This document shows positions 44,976 to 54,630 of a stretch of DNA of 64,000 nt, piece after piece. Source of the stretch: Planctomycetota bacterium. Lineage in GTDB: Bacteria; Planctomycetota; GCA-002687715; DRQF01. Positions within the stretch are counted from its first letter, which is position 1; each line of letters starts with the position of its first letter. Location of the stretch: the NCBI GenBank assembly GCA_020639295.1, contig JACKGY010000007.1, positions 39,760 to 103,759 on the forward strand. Reading direction: 5' to 3'. The notes beneath the pieces were generated by a model that worked only from the letters and a program-made list of their open reading frames with translations, was not told the DNA's origin and ran no database searches. The position numbers were made by a program, and so were the translations under genes.

Positions 44976-45890
44976 GTGGGCAACGACGACTACAGCCTGA
45001 TCATCGACGGCGTGACCAAGCGTTTCGGCGCCTTCACCGCGGTCGACGATCTCAGTCTGCGCATCCCGAGGGGCGCGATCTACGGCTTCCTCGGCCCCAA
45101 CGGCGCCGGCAAGACGACCACGATCCGGATGATCATGAGCATCATCTACCCCGACTCGGGGCGGATCGAGATCCTCGGCCATCCGCGCGCCGAGGAGGTC
45201 AAGGACCGCCTCGGCTATCTGCCCGAGGAGAAGGGCCTGTACAAGAAGATGCGGGCCGGCGAGATCATCACCTACTTCGGTCGCCTGAAGGGCATGAGCG
45301 GCGCCGACGCCCGCCGCCGCGCGCGCGAGCTCCTCGACCGCTACGGCCTGCCCGACTGGTTCGGCACGCGCTGCGAATCGCTGTCGAAGGGCATGGGCCA
45401 GAAGGTGCAGATCATGGCCTCGATCGTCCACGATCCGGAGCTGGTGATCTTCGACGAGCCCTTCTCCGGACTCGATCCGGTCAACGTCGAGCTGATGCGC
45501 GACCTGATCCTCGACCTGAAGCGCCAGGGCAAGACGGTGATCTTCTCGACCCACGTCATGGAGCAGGCCGAGCAGATCTGCGACTTCATCTTCCTGATCG
45601 ACCGGGGCAAGAAGGTGCTCGACGGCCCGCTCTCGGCGGTGCGCCGAAGCGGCGGCGAGTCGATCAAGATCGACTACGACGGTGACGGCGAGATCCTCCG
45701 CCGGCTCCCGGGCGTCGCCCGGGTCAACGACGCCGGCAAGACGGCCGAGCTGTTCCTGGAGCCGGACACCGATCCGCAGTCGATCCTCTCGGCGCTGGTC
45801 GGCAAGCTGAGCATCCGCCGCTTCGACCTCAGCGAGCCCTCGCTGCACGAGATCTTCGTCCGCTCGGTGAAGAGGATGAGCCATGAATAA
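44976..45890 (+). CDS. ABC transporter ATP-binding protein (ABC-2/NatA-like).
   Basis: Walker A is GPNGAGKTT, the signature is LSKGMGQK, and Walker B is VIFDEP. Confidence 0.85.
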   Translation: MGNDDYSLIIDGVTKRFGAFTAVDDLSLRIPRGAIYGFLGPNGAGKTTTIRMIMSIIYPDSGRIEILGHPRAEEVKDRLGYLPEEKGLYKKMRAGEIITYFGRLKGMSGADARRRARELLDRYGLPDWFGTRCESLSKGMGQKVQIMASIVHDPELVIFDEPFSGLDPVNVELMRDLILDLKRQGKTVIFSTHVMEQAEQICDFIFLIDRGKKVLDGPLSAVRRSGGESIKIDYDGDGEILRRLPGVARVNDAGKTAELFLEPDTDPQSILSALVGKLSIRRFDLSEPSLHEIFVRSVKRMSHE

Positions 45891-47469
45891 GGGATGCCTC
45901 GTCGCCCTGCGCGAGTACCACGAGAACCTGCGCACGAAGACCTTCTGGATCGGCATCTTCTTCTTCCCGCTGGTCCTGGTCCTGTCGATCGCCGTGCCCA
46001 GGTTCCTGGAGAGTCAGAAGGAGGTCCGGCGCTTCGCCGTGGTCGACCGCAGCGGCTGGCTCGCCCAGCGCGTCCTCGAGGACGCCGATCTGCCCGACCT
46101 CGAGGCCGTCCTTCGCGACCTGCGCGGCAGGGCGGCCGCCGGCGAGGACGACCCGGCCTGGCCGGAGCAGATCCGGACGCTGGCCGGCGAGCTCGGCAAG
46201 GTGCCGGAGGACCAGCTCCGCGGCATCGCCGAATCCCTCGCCCGGGCCCAGGAAGCCCTGACGCTCCATCCCGAGGCCCTGGCCAGCCTGCCACCGGCGC
46301 AGCGCGAGCAGATCGAGCACGAGCTCGAATCCTTCCAGGCCTGGTGGCGCGGGCTCAGCGCCGAGGACGCCCGCGGGCTCGAGTCGGTCGACCTCGCCCG
46401 CCAGAAGTACGACTACGTCCATGCGCCCGAGGCGCAGGACGAGACCGCCTGGGCCGAGCAGGCCCTGGCCCGGGGCGAGATCTTCGCCTGGTTCGAGATC
46501 GACGGCGACCCGGTGACCGGCGAAGGTCGCTTCCTCTACCACAGCCGCAACCTGACCGACGGCAACCTGCGCAACTGGTTCCAGAAGCACGTCAACGACG
46601 TGGTCCAGTCGCGCCGGTTCGAGACCGAGAAGATCCGCGAGGACGTCGTCCGCAAGATCCAGAAGCCCCTGGTCTTCACCGAGACGATCACCGACGAGAC
46701 CGGGCAGGCGCGCGAGGCCGGAAGCCGCGACAAGGCCAGCCAGTTCCTGCCGATGGCCTTCGTCTACCTGCTCTGGATCTCGGTCTTCATGGTGGCGCAG
46801 ATGCTGCTCACCAACACCATCGAGGAGAAGTCGAACCGCACCATCGAGGTGCTCCTGTCCTCGGTCTCGCCGCTGCAGCTCATGAGCGGCAAGATCGGCG
46901 GCATCGCGGCCACCGGCTTGACCGTGGTGCTCTCCTGGCTGGTCTTCTTCTTCCTCGTGGTCAAGGTCGGCCTGCCGCTCTTCGGCATCGCGCCGCCCTT
47001 CGATCTCGCGCCCCTTCTGGCCAACCCCCGCTACATCCTCGGCTTCGTGGTCTACTTCCTGCTCGGCTACCTGCTCTACGCCGGCATCCTGGTCGGCCTG
47101 GGTTCGGTCTGCAACAGCCTGAAGGAGGCGCAGAACCTGATGATGCCGGTCAGCGTCATGCTGATGCTGCCCCTCTTCGCCATGTTCCCGGTGGTCAACG
47201 ACCCGAACTCCACGCTGGCGCGGGTGCTGAGCTACGTCCCGACCCTCACGCCCTTCGTGATGATGAACCGCGCGGCCGGTCCGCCGCCGCTGATGGACTA
47301 CGTGTGCACGACGATCATCCTGCTGGTGACCATCCTGCTGGTCTTCTGGGCCGCCGCGAAGATCTTCCGCATCGGCATCCTGATGACCGGCAAGCCCCCC
47401 AGGCTGGGCGAGATCCTGCGCTGGCTGCGGGCGCCGATCGGGGTCATCCCCGACCGGAGCGACGACTGA
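45883..47469 (+). CDS. ABC-2 type transporter permease (NatB-like) with a large N-terminal extracytoplasmic domain.
   Basis: An N-terminal transmembrane helix is followed by a ~250-aa soluble domain and a C-terminal six-helix ABC-2 permease core. The gene overlaps the upstream ATPase gene. Confidence 0.75.
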   Translation: MNKGCLVALREYHENLRTKTFWIGIFFFPLVLVLSIAVPRFLESQKEVRRFAVVDRSGWLAQRVLEDADLPDLEAVLRDLRGRAAAGEDDPAWPEQIRTLAGELGKVPEDQLRGIAESLARAQEALTLHPEALASLPPAQREQIEHELESFQAWWRGLSAEDARGLESVDLARQKYDYVHAPEAQDETAWAEQALARGEIFAWFEIDGDPVTGEGRFLYHSRNLTDGNLRNWFQKHVNDVVQSRRFETEKIREDVVRKIQKPLVFTETITDETGQAREAGSRDKASQFLPMAFVYLLWISVFMVAQMLLTNTIEEKSNRTIEVLLSSVSPLQLMSGKIGGIAATGLTVVLSWLVFFFLVVKVGLPLFGIAPPFDLAPLLANPRYILGFVVYFLLGYLLYAGILVGLGSVCNSLKEAQNLMMPVSVMLMLPLFAMFPVVNDPNSTLARVLSYVPTLTPFVMMNRAAGPPPLMDYVCTTIILLVTILLVFWAAAKIFRIGILMTGKPPRLGEILRWLRAPIGVIPDRSDD

Positions 47470-48702
47470 TCAGAGCCGGCGCGGCACGCGGATGCGCCCG
47501 CTGAGGTAGCGGCGCGTGCCGGCGACCAGCTCGACCCGGTCGTCGCGCAAACGGCAGATCATCTCGCCGCCCCGCGCCGAGAGCTGGAGGGCGCGCAGCT
47601 CCCGCCTGCCGAGCCGCTCGCCCCAGAAGGGCGCCAGCACGCAGTGAAGGGAGCCGGTGGCGGGGTCCTCGGGGACGCCCACGCGCGGGGCGAAGAAACG
47701 CGACACGAAGTCGGCCTCCAGGCCCCTCGCCGTGACCGCCACGGCGCGATGCTCGAGGGCGGCGATCCGGTCGAGTCGGGGCCGGGCCCTGCGGACCGCC
47801 GCCTCGTCCTCGACCTCCAGGATCAGGTCCCCGCCGCCGACGAAGGCGGCGACGACCGGCAGGCCGACCAGCTCGGCGAGATCGGCGGTCGGTTCCTCGG
47901 GACGGACCGGAAAGCAGGGTCCATCGAGGACCAGGCGGTCGCCCTCGCGGGTCACCGTCAGCGGCCCGGCGGCCGAGTGGAAGCGGATCTGATCGCCCTC
48001 GCCCTCGCCCTCGTCGAAGAGGATGCGCGCGCAGCCCAGGGTCGCGTGGCCGCAGAAGTCGACCTCGGCCAACGGCGTGAACCAGCGCAGGCGGAAGTCG
48101 TGGCCCTCGCGGACGCAGAAGACGGTCTCGGAGAGGTTGTTCTCGGCGGCGATCGCCTGCATCAGGTCCTTGGTCAGCCAGGACTCGAGGCGGACGACCG
48201 CGGCCGGATTGCCACCGAAGACCCGCTCGCAGAAGACGTCGACCTGGTGCAGCGGCAGCTGCAGGAGTTCCGATCCGCGTTCGAGCACCAGCTCGGCCAC
48301 CGCCGCCGCGTCGATGCCGGAGGTCTCCAGGAACACCCGCCAGGCGCCCTCGTGACCGCGGAAGAGCGCGGCGGCGAGCAGCTCCATCCCGAAGTGATCG
48401 GAGCCGGTCCGGGCGCGCAGCGCGATCAGGTCCTCGAGCAGCACCTGCAGCTCGGGCGAGAAGGCGAGGCCGGCACGGTCCTCGGCGCCTTCGGTCCGCG
48501 GCATGGCGGCGCGGAGGCGCGCGACCAGGGTGTCGAGATCGAGGCGGCAGTCCTCGACCAGGACCCGCCGCAGCTCGCCATCGACCTGCTCGAACAGGGC
48601 CAGCGCCAGGTGCGCCAGGCCGACGTGGCCGAGACCCGAGATCCGCGCCAGCTCCTTGGCGCGGTTCATCACCGGTTTGAGATCCTCGTGTGGCATGTCC
48701 AC
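47470..48702 (-). CDS. Fusion protein with an N-terminal Clp_N (double repeat) domain and a C-terminal PhzF-family isomerase.
   Basis: The Clp_N repeats are ..MNRAKELARISGLGHVGLAHLALALF.. and ..FGMELLAAALF... The PhzF core begins ..LPLHQVDVFCERVFGGNPAAVV... The frame is continuous with no internal start. Confidence 0.7.
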   Translation of the reverse strand: MDMPHEDLKPVMNRAKELARISGLGHVGLAHLALALFEQVDGELRRVLVEDCRLDLDTLVARLRAAMPRTEGAEDRAGLAFSPELQVLLEDLIALRARTGSDHFGMELLAAALFRGHEGAWRVFLETSGIDAAAVAELVLERGSELLQLPLHQVDVFCERVFGGNPAAVVRLESWLTKDLMQAIAAENNLSETVFCVREGHDFRLRWFTPLAEVDFCGHATLGCARILFDEGEGEGDQIRFHSAAGPLTVTREGDRLVLDGPCFPVRPEEPTADLAELVGLPVVAAFVGGGDLILEVEDEAAVRRARPRLDRIAALEHRAVAVTARGLEADFVSRFFAPRVGVPEDPATGSLHCVLAPFWGERLGRRELRALQLSARGGEMICRLRDDRVELVAGTRRYLSGRIRVPRRL

Positions 48703-48755
48703 CTCCGTCTCCAGGCTACTCCCGTGGCCCGGCGGACGGAAGGCGACGCGGAAGC

Positions 48756-49430
48756 TCAGGGCACGGTCGCGCCATCGGCGACCAGACCGGCCCGCACGAA
48801 GGCGTGGATCCTCCGGCCCAGCGCGCGCACCTCCGCCATCGATTCCGGAGCGCGCGGACCGAGGCGATTCACCAGCGGCCTCAGGACCTCGAACTGGACG
48901 CAGAGGAAGGCGATCATGTTGGCGCGCTCGGCGACCGCCCGCTCACGCGGGCCGCGGCCGGTGAGCCGGGCGATGATCTGCCGCAGGCCGTCGCGGGCCG
49001 GACCGATCGCCACCCCCACCAGATCGTCGATGACGCCGGTGGGATGGGCGAGTTCCATGGCGAAGAGCCGCGAGAGATAGGGGTGTCGGGCCCGGCGGTA
49101 GAGCACGACGCGGAGGAAGACCTCGATCCAGCGGCGCAGATCCTCCTCCGGATCGGAACCCTGGCGGCGCAGCTCGTCGGCCTCGTCGGCGATGACGCCG
49201 CGGACGGCATCGAGCAGGGTCTCGCGATAGAGTTCCATCTTGCCGCCGAAGTAGTAGCGGACGGCGCCGAGGTTGGCCCGCGCGGCGGCGCAGATCGCGC
49301 GCAGATTCGCGCCCCGGTAGCCGTGCTCGGCGAAGGCCTCGCCCGCGGCCATGATCAGACGGGTGCGGGTGGAGTCCGCCGCTCCGGCGGCATCCTTCTT
49401 CCTCGACTCGCGGCGCTCGGACGAATTCAT
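48756..49430 (-). CDS. TetR/AcrR family transcriptional regulator.
   Basis: The N-terminal helix-turn-helix is ..TRTRLIMAAGEAFAEHGYRGANLRAICAAARANLGAVRYYFGGK... The start is set at MNSSERRES. Confidence 0.8.
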   Translation of the reverse strand: MNSSERRESRKKDAAGAADSTRTRLIMAAGEAFAEHGYRGANLRAICAAARANLGAVRYYFGGKMELYRETLLDAVRGVIADEADELRRQGSDPEEDLRRWIEVFLRVVLYRRARHPYLSRLFAMELAHPTGVIDDLVGVAIGPARDGLRQIIARLTGRGPRERAVAERANMIAFLCVQFEVLRPLVNRLGPRAPESMAEVRALGRRIHAFVRAGLVADGATVP

Positions 49431-49473
49431 CGGTCTCTTTCCGACGGGCTCTGGGCAAGGACAGGTCGAGAGA

Positions 49474-49493
49474 ATAATACAAACGTATGATTG
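49474..49493. promoter_or_regulatory. Candidate TetR operator: AT-rich imperfect palindrome AATAATACAAACGTATGATT overlapping a putative -10 (TATGAT).
   Basis: This is the only AT-rich patch in the 133-bp divergent region between the TetR gene and the HlyD-ABC operon. Fourteen of 20 positions are self-complementary. Confidence 0.3.
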
Positions 49494-49563
49494 CAGGCGC
49501 CAGCCCCGGCCGACCCGATCCCGGCGACCGGCGCGAGCGCCCCCGGTTGCGAGAACTCCGCCG

Positions 49564-50559
49564 ATGAAGCGACTCGTCTTCCTCCTCGTCCTGGCCGGCG
49601 TCGCGGTCACCGTTCACCAGCTCCAGCGTCGCGGGCTGATCCATCTGCCCTTCCCGACCGAGCGGCAGGTCGATGCCGCGCGCCTCTCCGGCACGGTGGA
49701 GATCCGGGACGCGCGGCTGGAGTTCCTGGAGCGTGAGATCGTCGCCGAGGTGCTGGTCGACGAGGGCGACCTCGTGACCGAGGGCCAGGTCCTCGCCCGG
49801 CTACGCACCGACCGGATCAAGGCCGAGATCGACGAGGCGCGGGCCCGACGCGACGCCCAGACCGAGCTCATCCGCAAGCTCGACCGGGGCAGCCGCGAAC
49901 AGGAGATCGCCCAGGCCGAGGCGCAGCTGGCCGCGGCCCGCGCGCAGGAGGCCCGAGCCCGACGCGACCACGAGCGTTTCGCCGGCGCGGCCCCGAGCGG
50001 CGCCAGCAGCCGGCGCGACCTCGATGCCGCCAAGGCGACGCTCGAGGTCGCCGTCGAGGAGGTCCGCGTCCGCGAACTCGCCCTCGACCTGATCCGCGAG
50101 GGCCCTCGCGAAGAGGACCGCGCGGCCGCGCATGCCGACCTCGCGGCACTCGAGGCCCGCATCCGGCTGCTCGAGAAGCGCCTCGCCGACCACGAGCTCC
50201 GCTCGCCCTGTGCCGGCGTCCTGCGCAGCCGCAACGTCGAGCCCGGCGAGATGGCCGCGGCCGGGCGCACGGCCTTCACGATCGCGGTGACCGCCCGCAA
50301 GTGGATCCGGGCCTACGTCGAGGAGCCGCGGCTCGGCCGCGTCCACGAGGGCCTCGAGGTCTCGGTCCGGGCCGATGCCTGGCCCGATCGCGCGTTCAGG
50401 GGCACCGTGGGCTTCGTCTCCCCGGTCGCCGAATTCACCCCCAGGACGATCGAGACCGAGGAGCTGCGCACGCGCCTGGTCTACGAGATCCGCGTCTGGG
50501 TCGACGACCCGGAGAACGGCCTGCGCCTGGGCATGCCGGTCTCGGTCCTTCTGGATTGA
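49564..50559 (+). CDS. HlyD family periplasmic adaptor (membrane fusion protein).
   Basis: An N-terminal transmembrane anchor is followed by a long Ala/Arg/Glu-rich coiled coil and a C-terminal beta-barrel (..GMPVSVLL..). Confidence 0.8.
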   Translation: MKRLVFLLVLAGVAVTVHQLQRRGLIHLPFPTERQVDAARLSGTVEIRDARLEFLEREIVAEVLVDEGDLVTEGQVLARLRTDRIKAEIDEARARRDAQTELIRKLDRGSREQEIAQAEAQLAAARAQEARARRDHERFAGAAPSGASSRRDLDAAKATLEVAVEEVRVRELALDLIREGPREEDRAAAHADLAALEARIRLLEKRLADHELRSPCAGVLRSRNVEPGEMAAAGRTAFTIAVTARKWIRAYVEEPRLGRVHEGLEVSVRADAWPDRAFRGTVGFVSPVAEFTPRTIETEELRTRLVYEIRVWVDDPENGLRLGMPVSVLLD

Positions 50560-50573
50560 GGAAGGTCGCGGGC

Positions 50574-52376
50574 ATGGAACGAGACCCCGGTCAGGAAGGC
50601 GAGACGATCGCGGCCGAGCCTCGGGCCGAGATCCTGCTCGAGGCCACGGCCCTTTCCCGGAGCTTCGCGGGCCGGTCGGCACCCGCGCTCGACGGCGTCG
50701 ACTTCCGGGCGCGCGCGGGTCGGATCACCGGCATCGTCGGACCCGATGGCGCCGGGAAGACCACGCTGCTTCGCGTCGCCGCCGGGCTCCTGAAGCCCCA
50801 CGCGGGCAGCATCCGCGTCCTCGGCGCGGCCCCGGGAGCCGCCGCGCGCGCGGGGACGGCCCGGATCGGCTACATGCCCCAGCGCTTCGGCCTCTACGAG
50901 GACCTCGGCGTGGCCGAGAACCTCGACCTCTTCGCCGACCTCCAGGGCCTGCCCTTCCACGAGCGGGCCGAGCGCTTCGCCGAACTCCTCGAGCTGACCG
51001 ACCTCGGCGACTTCCGGGCCCGCCGCGCCGGTCGGCTCTCGGGCGGCATGAAGCAGAAGCTCGGCCTCGCCTGCTCCCTCCTGGTCCGCCCCCGCCTGCT
51101 CCTGCTCGACGAGCCGACCGTCGGCGTCGATCCGGTATCGCGTCGCGACCTCTGGCGGATCCTCGATCGTCTGGTCGCCGCGGAGGGCATCGGCGTGGTG
51201 ATCGCCACCGCCTACCTCGACGAGGCCGATCGCTGCGCCGAGGTCCTCGTGCTCGACCGCGGCCGGGTCGTGGCCTGCGCCGAACCGGCCACCCTGCGGC
51301 ATCGGGTCGCCGGGCGGGTGCGCCTGGTCGAGCCGAGGCCCGGCTGCCCGCCCCGCGTCCTGCAGGCGCGGCTCGAGGAACTGCCGGAGGTCCGCGACTG
51401 CTCGATCCGCAAGGGCCGGTTGCGCTGCCTCCTGGACCAGGAGACCGCGGCCGTCGACCGGCTGATCGAGGGCCTCCCCGAGGTGGCGTCCAGCGCGGTG
51501 GTCGAGCCCACCTTCGAGGACGCCTTCATGGCCATGCAGGAGAGCCGGCCGGACCGGGCCGGCGCGGCCACGCCGATCGCAGGGCTCGCGAGCGCCGCGG
51601 ACGAGGCGATGATCGCGGTCGAGGGCCTGGGCAAGCGCTTCGGCGACTTCGTCGCGGTGAGCGCCATCTCCTTCACCGTCCGGCGCGGCGAGATCTTCGG
51701 CCTGCTCGGCCCGAATGGAGCCGGCAAGACCACCACCTTCCGCATGCTCTGCGGTCTCCTGCCGGCCAGCGACGGCGAGATCCGGGTCGCCGGCCGCGAC
51801 CTCCGGCGAGCCCCGGGCCGTGCTCGCGCGGGCCTCGGCTACATGGCCCAGGCCTTCTCGCTCTACCCGCACCTGACCATCGTCCAGAACCTCCGCTTCT
51901 TCGGCCGCAGCTACGGACTCGGCGGCCGGCGCCTGCGCCGGCGCATCGAGGAGGTGCTGGACGAGTTCGATCTCCGCGCCCGGCGCGACGAGGACGCCGG
52001 CAAGATCCCCGCCGGTTTCCAGCGTCGGCTGTCGATGGCCGCGGCGGTCCTCCACGAGCCGGAGATCCTCTTCCTCGACGAGCCGACCTCGGGCGCCGAC
52101 CCGCTGGCCCGACGCGAATTCTGGGCCCGCATCTCGGCCTTCGCCGCGCGCGGCATGACCATCGTCGTCACCACCCATTTCATGGAGGAGGTCGAGTCCT
52201 GTGACCAGGTCCTCCTGATGTCGCGCGGCCGCGAGCTGGCCCGCGGCAGCCCGGACGAGATCCGCGCCCTGGCGCGTGGCCCGAAGCGCCCCGACCCGGG
52301 GATCGAGGACGCCTTCATCGCCCTCTCCGAGGGCGAGGTGGTGGTCGGCGCGGCCGCACCGGAGGCGAGACCATGA
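50574..52376 (+). CDS. ABC transporter ATP-binding protein with two fused ATPase domains (RbbA/YhiH-like).
   Basis: Two Walker A motifs (GPDGAGKTT, GPNGAGKTT), two signatures (LSGGMKQK, FQRRLSMA) and two Walker B motifs (LLLDEPT, LFLDEPT) are present. Confidence 0.85.
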   Translation: MERDPGQEGETIAAEPRAEILLEATALSRSFAGRSAPALDGVDFRARAGRITGIVGPDGAGKTTLLRVAAGLLKPHAGSIRVLGAAPGAAARAGTARIGYMPQRFGLYEDLGVAENLDLFADLQGLPFHERAERFAELLELTDLGDFRARRAGRLSGGMKQKLGLACSLLVRPRLLLLDEPTVGVDPVSRRDLWRILDRLVAAEGIGVVIATAYLDEADRCAEVLVLDRGRVVACAEPATLRHRVAGRVRLVEPRPGCPPRVLQARLEELPEVRDCSIRKGRLRCLLDQETAAVDRLIEGLPEVASSAVVEPTFEDAFMAMQESRPDRAGAATPIAGLASAADEAMIAVEGLGKRFGDFVAVSAISFTVRRGEIFGLLGPNGAGKTTTFRMLCGLLPASDGEIRVAGRDLRRAPGRARAGLGYMAQAFSLYPHLTIVQNLRFFGRSYGLGGRRLRRRIEEVLDEFDLRARRDEDAGKIPAGFQRRLSMAAAVLHEPEILFLDEPTSGADPLARREFWARISAFAARGMTIVVTTHFMEEVESCDQVLLMSRGRELARGSPDEIRALARGPKRPDPGIEDAFIALSEGEVVVGAAAPEARP

Positions 52377-53509
52377 GCTCCGGCCTGATCGCCAGCCTGA
52401 TCCGCCTGCGTGGCTTCCTGCGCAAGGAGCTGCTGCAGATCCGCCGCGACCCCTCCAGCATCCTCCTGGCGCTGGTGATGCCGGTGGTACTCCTCCTGCT
52501 CTTCGGCTACGGCGTCTCGCTCGACCCCGAGCAGGTCCCGATCGCGATCGTCGACGAGGATGGTTCGGCCCTCGCCCGCGACCTGGTGGCGCGCCTCTCG
52601 GCCAGCCGCTACTTCGAGGCCCGGCCCTGCCGGACCATGGCGGCGGCCGACGAGCTGGTGGTCGCCGGCCGCGCCGAGGGCATCCTGCGCATCCCGGAGG
52701 ACTTCGAACGCTCGCTCGGGCTCGCCGGCGGCGCCAGGCTCCAGCTCCTCGTCAACGGCGTCGACTCGAATCGCGCCAGCCTGGTCAAATCCTACCTGAG
52801 CAGCACGCTGGGCAACTGGGTGGCGATCCGCGCGGCCGCCGGCGAGAGCCTCGGACCACCGCCCGCGATCCGCATCGAACCGAGGATCTGGTTCAATCCC
52901 GGAATCGACAGCCGCCACTTCCTCGTGCCGGGCCTCATCGTGCTGATCATGACCCTGATCGGCACCCTGCTCACCGCGCTGGTGATCGCCCGCGAATGGG
53001 AACGGGGCACGATGGAGGCGCTGCTCGCCACGCCCCTGCGCCGTGGCGAGTTCCTGCTCGGCAAGATCCTGCCCTACTTCGGGCTCGGCATTCTGGGCCT
53101 TCTGACCGCGGTCGCCGGCGCGGTCTACCTGTTCGGGGTCGAGCTGCAGGGTTCGTTCTGGCTCCTCCTGCTCTCGAGCTCGCTGTTCCTCCTCGCCGCG
53201 CTCGGCATGGGCCTGGCGGCCTCGGCCCTGCTCCGGGTGCAGTTCGTGGCCGCCCAGGTCGCCGTGCTCGCCGGCTTCCTGCCCGCCTTCTTCCTCTCCG
53301 GCCTCCTCTTCGACCTGGAGAGCACGCCGACTCCGATCCAGGTGGTGAGCCACGTCGTGCCGGCGCGCCACTTCGTCGCGATCTGCCAGACCCTGTTCCT
53401 GGCCGGCGACGTCTTCGAGGTGATCCTCGGGGCCGGCGCCTGGCTCTTGGGGGCCGCGATCCTCTTCCTCGGCATCACCTATCGCCGCCTCGGGCGGGGA
53501 ATGGAGTGA
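52373..53509 (+). CDS. ABC-2 type transporter permease.
   Basis: There are six transmembrane helices after an N-terminal periplasmic domain. The ATGA overlaps the upstream gene. Confidence 0.8.
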   Translation: MSSGLIASLIRLRGFLRKELLQIRRDPSSILLALVMPVVLLLLFGYGVSLDPEQVPIAIVDEDGSALARDLVARLSASRYFEARPCRTMAAADELVVAGRAEGILRIPEDFERSLGLAGGARLQLLVNGVDSNRASLVKSYLSSTLGNWVAIRAAAGESLGPPPAIRIEPRIWFNPGIDSRHFLVPGLIVLIMTLIGTLLTALVIAREWERGTMEALLATPLRRGEFLLGKILPYFGLGILGLLTAVAGAVYLFGVELQGSFWLLLLSSSLFLLAALGMGLAASALLRVQFVAAQVAVLAGFLPAFFLSGLLFDLESTPTPIQVVSHVVPARHFVAICQTLFLAGDVFEVILGAGAWLLGAAILFLGITYRRLGRGME

Positions 53510-53511
53510 GC

Positions 53512-54615
53512 ATGGCCGCGCTCTGGCGCATCCGGGCCCTGGTGATCAAGGAGTTCCTCGCGGTCCTCCGCGATCCGCGCAGCCGCTTCGTCGTGCTCGT
53601 CCCGCCGCTGATCCAGTTCCTGGTCTTCGGCTACGCCGCCACCTTCGAGGTGAGCGGAGTCCGTCTGGCGGTGCTCGATCACTCGCGCAGCGACGCCTCG
53701 CGGCGCCTGATCGCGCGGGTCGCGGCCTCGGAGTCCTTCCGGCTGATCCGGACGATCGACTCGGCGGACCTCATCCCGGCGCTCGTCGATCGGGGCGAGG
53801 CGCGCGTCGTCCTGGTCATCGACGAGAGCTATGCCCGCGATCTCGAGGCCGGCCTGAGCGCCCGGGTGCAGGTGCTCGCCGACGGCCGCAACTCCAACGT
53901 GGCGGCGATCGCGATCGGCTACCTGAGCGAGATCGTGGCCCGCGAGGCCGCGGCCCTGCGCCCCGAGGCGCGCCGGGTCGAACTGGTCGAGCGGGCCTGG
54001 TTCAACGAGAACCTGTCGTCGCGCTGGTACGTCGTCGGGGCCCTGCCGGCGACCATCGTCATGGTCGTGGTCATGCTGCTGTCGGCGCTCACGATCGCCC
54101 GGGAACGCGAATTCGGCAGCTTCGACCAGCTCCTGGTCACGCCGATGAGCTCCACCGAGATCCTGATCGGCAAGGCGATCCCGGGCATCGTCTTCGGGAT
54201 GGCCATCGCCGCGGCCCTGCTGATCGGCGGCATCTACTGGTTCGGGGTCCCCTTCCGCGGTCAGGTCGGCACCGTGTTCCTGACCCTGTTCCTGTTCAGC
54301 CTGGCGATCGTCGGCATCGGCCTCTTCGTGTCGTCGCTGGCCCGGACCATGCAGCAGGGTCTGCTCGGCGCCTTCGTCGTGATCATGCCGACCGTGATCC
54401 TCTCCGGCTTCACGACCCCCATCGGCAACATGCCCGGCTGGCTCCAGCGGGGCACGCTGGCCAACCCGTTGCGCTGGGCCGTGGCCGATCTCCGCGCGAT
54501 CCTCCTCGAAGGCGCGGGTCTGCGCGAGATCGCCGGCAGCATCCCGCCGCTTCTCGCCATCGCCGCGGTCACCCTCTCGGCCGCGGCCTGGATGTTCCGG
54601 CGACGGAGCAGCTGA
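53512..54615 (+). CDS. ABC-2 type transporter permease (paralog of the preceding gene).
   Basis: It has the same architecture as the 52373..53509 protein. The start MAALWRIRALVIKEFLAVLRDP parallels LRKELLQIRRDP of its paralog. Confidence 0.8.
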   Translation: MAALWRIRALVIKEFLAVLRDPRSRFVVLVPPLIQFLVFGYAATFEVSGVRLAVLDHSRSDASRRLIARVAASESFRLIRTIDSADLIPALVDRGEARVVLVIDESYARDLEAGLSARVQVLADGRNSNVAAIAIGYLSEIVAREAAALRPEARRVELVERAWFNENLSSRWYVVGALPATIVMVVVMLLSALTIAREREFGSFDQLLVTPMSSTEILIGKAIPGIVFGMAIAAALLIGGIYWFGVPFRGQVGTVFLTLFLFSLAIVGIGLFVSSLARTMQQGLLGAFVVIMPTVILSGFTTPIGNMPGWLQRGTLANPLRWAVADLRAILLEGAGLREIAGSIPPLLAIAAVTLSAAAWMFRRRSS

Positions 54616-54630
54616 GGCCCCGGCGGACCA

